Shown piece by piece: positions 1 to 64,000 of a stretch of DNA of 64,000 nucleotides. Both the position numbers and the translations under genes were made by a program. Within the stretch, counting starts at the first letter, position 1. Each line of letters opens with the position of its first letter. The notes under the pieces were generated by a model. That model searched no databases and had not been told where the DNA came from. It worked only from the letters and a program-made list of their open reading frames with translations. The DNA is from Octopus sinensis (lineage: Eukaryota): positions 24,056,001 to 24,120,000 of the forward strand of contig NC_042999.1 of NCBI RefSeq assembly GCF_006345805.1, given 5' to 3'.

Positions 1-204
1 TTATATACATATTTCACTTGATTCACGGGAATACAAGTGAAGTACATCATATTACAGTGATTTGGGCATAGCAAGGGGAAATAAGATACAGACTTCCCGT
101 AATATATTATAAGATCCATGTTATTTCATCCAACCAGGTCTTTCGCAGCACCCTTAGAGCAGGAACTTTCTGGCATCACATTGTATACATGTATAATGTA
201 TCTA

Positions 205-63690
<63,486 letters not shown>

Positions 63691-63699
63691 CTGAAAGTA

Positions 63700-64000
63700 T
63701 ATCATAAGATTTACGATTGGCGTCTTTAATAAAGACTAATCTTTTGAAGATAGGGTTTTGATAAAGACTAATTATATAATTTATGATTGAGATCCTTAAT
63801 GAACATTCATCATATCATTTACAATTGACGTCGTTAATAAAGATTGATCGTATCATTTACGATTGAGCTCCTTAATGAACATTCATCATATCATTTACAT
63901 TTGACGTCGTTAATAAAGACTGATCGTATCATTTACGATTGAGATCCTTAATGAACATTCATCATATCATTTACAATTGACGTCGTTAATAAAGACTGGT
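63700..64000. repeat. 76-bp tandem repeat (dimer of about 38-bp subunits) running off the window end
   Basis: Units start at 63789, 63865 and 63941; degenerate subunits from about 63700. Confidence 0.9.

Overview
AT-rich, microsatellite-laden animal genomic DNA. Octopus/cephalopod origin is inferred from the repeat landscape only. The whole window lies inside one minus-strand locus built from 47 tandem single-EGF-domain exons, most of them absent or only partly shown in the supplied ORF track. Every exon is flanked by AG/GT and is phase 1-1, with consensus (V)DPCSSxPCxNGGxCxNxGxxF/YxCxCxPGY/FxGxxCSI. 43 exons are exactly 111 bp, one is 108 bp (in-frame codon loss) and three are 110 bp (1-bp frameshifts). 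No start, signal peptide, transmembrane segment or stop exon is visible, so the gene runs off both ends and cannot be named. Introns contain tRNA-derived SINEs (three families), mariner/Tc1 and maT fossils, a decayed Penelope-like retroelement, RTE LINE tails, Helitron/MITE elements, a U6 pseudogene and many microsatellites. The best candidate for a new system is this cassette-exon array acting as a Dscam-like combinatorial or mutually exclusive splicing repertoire. That is an inference and needs long-read transcript data.
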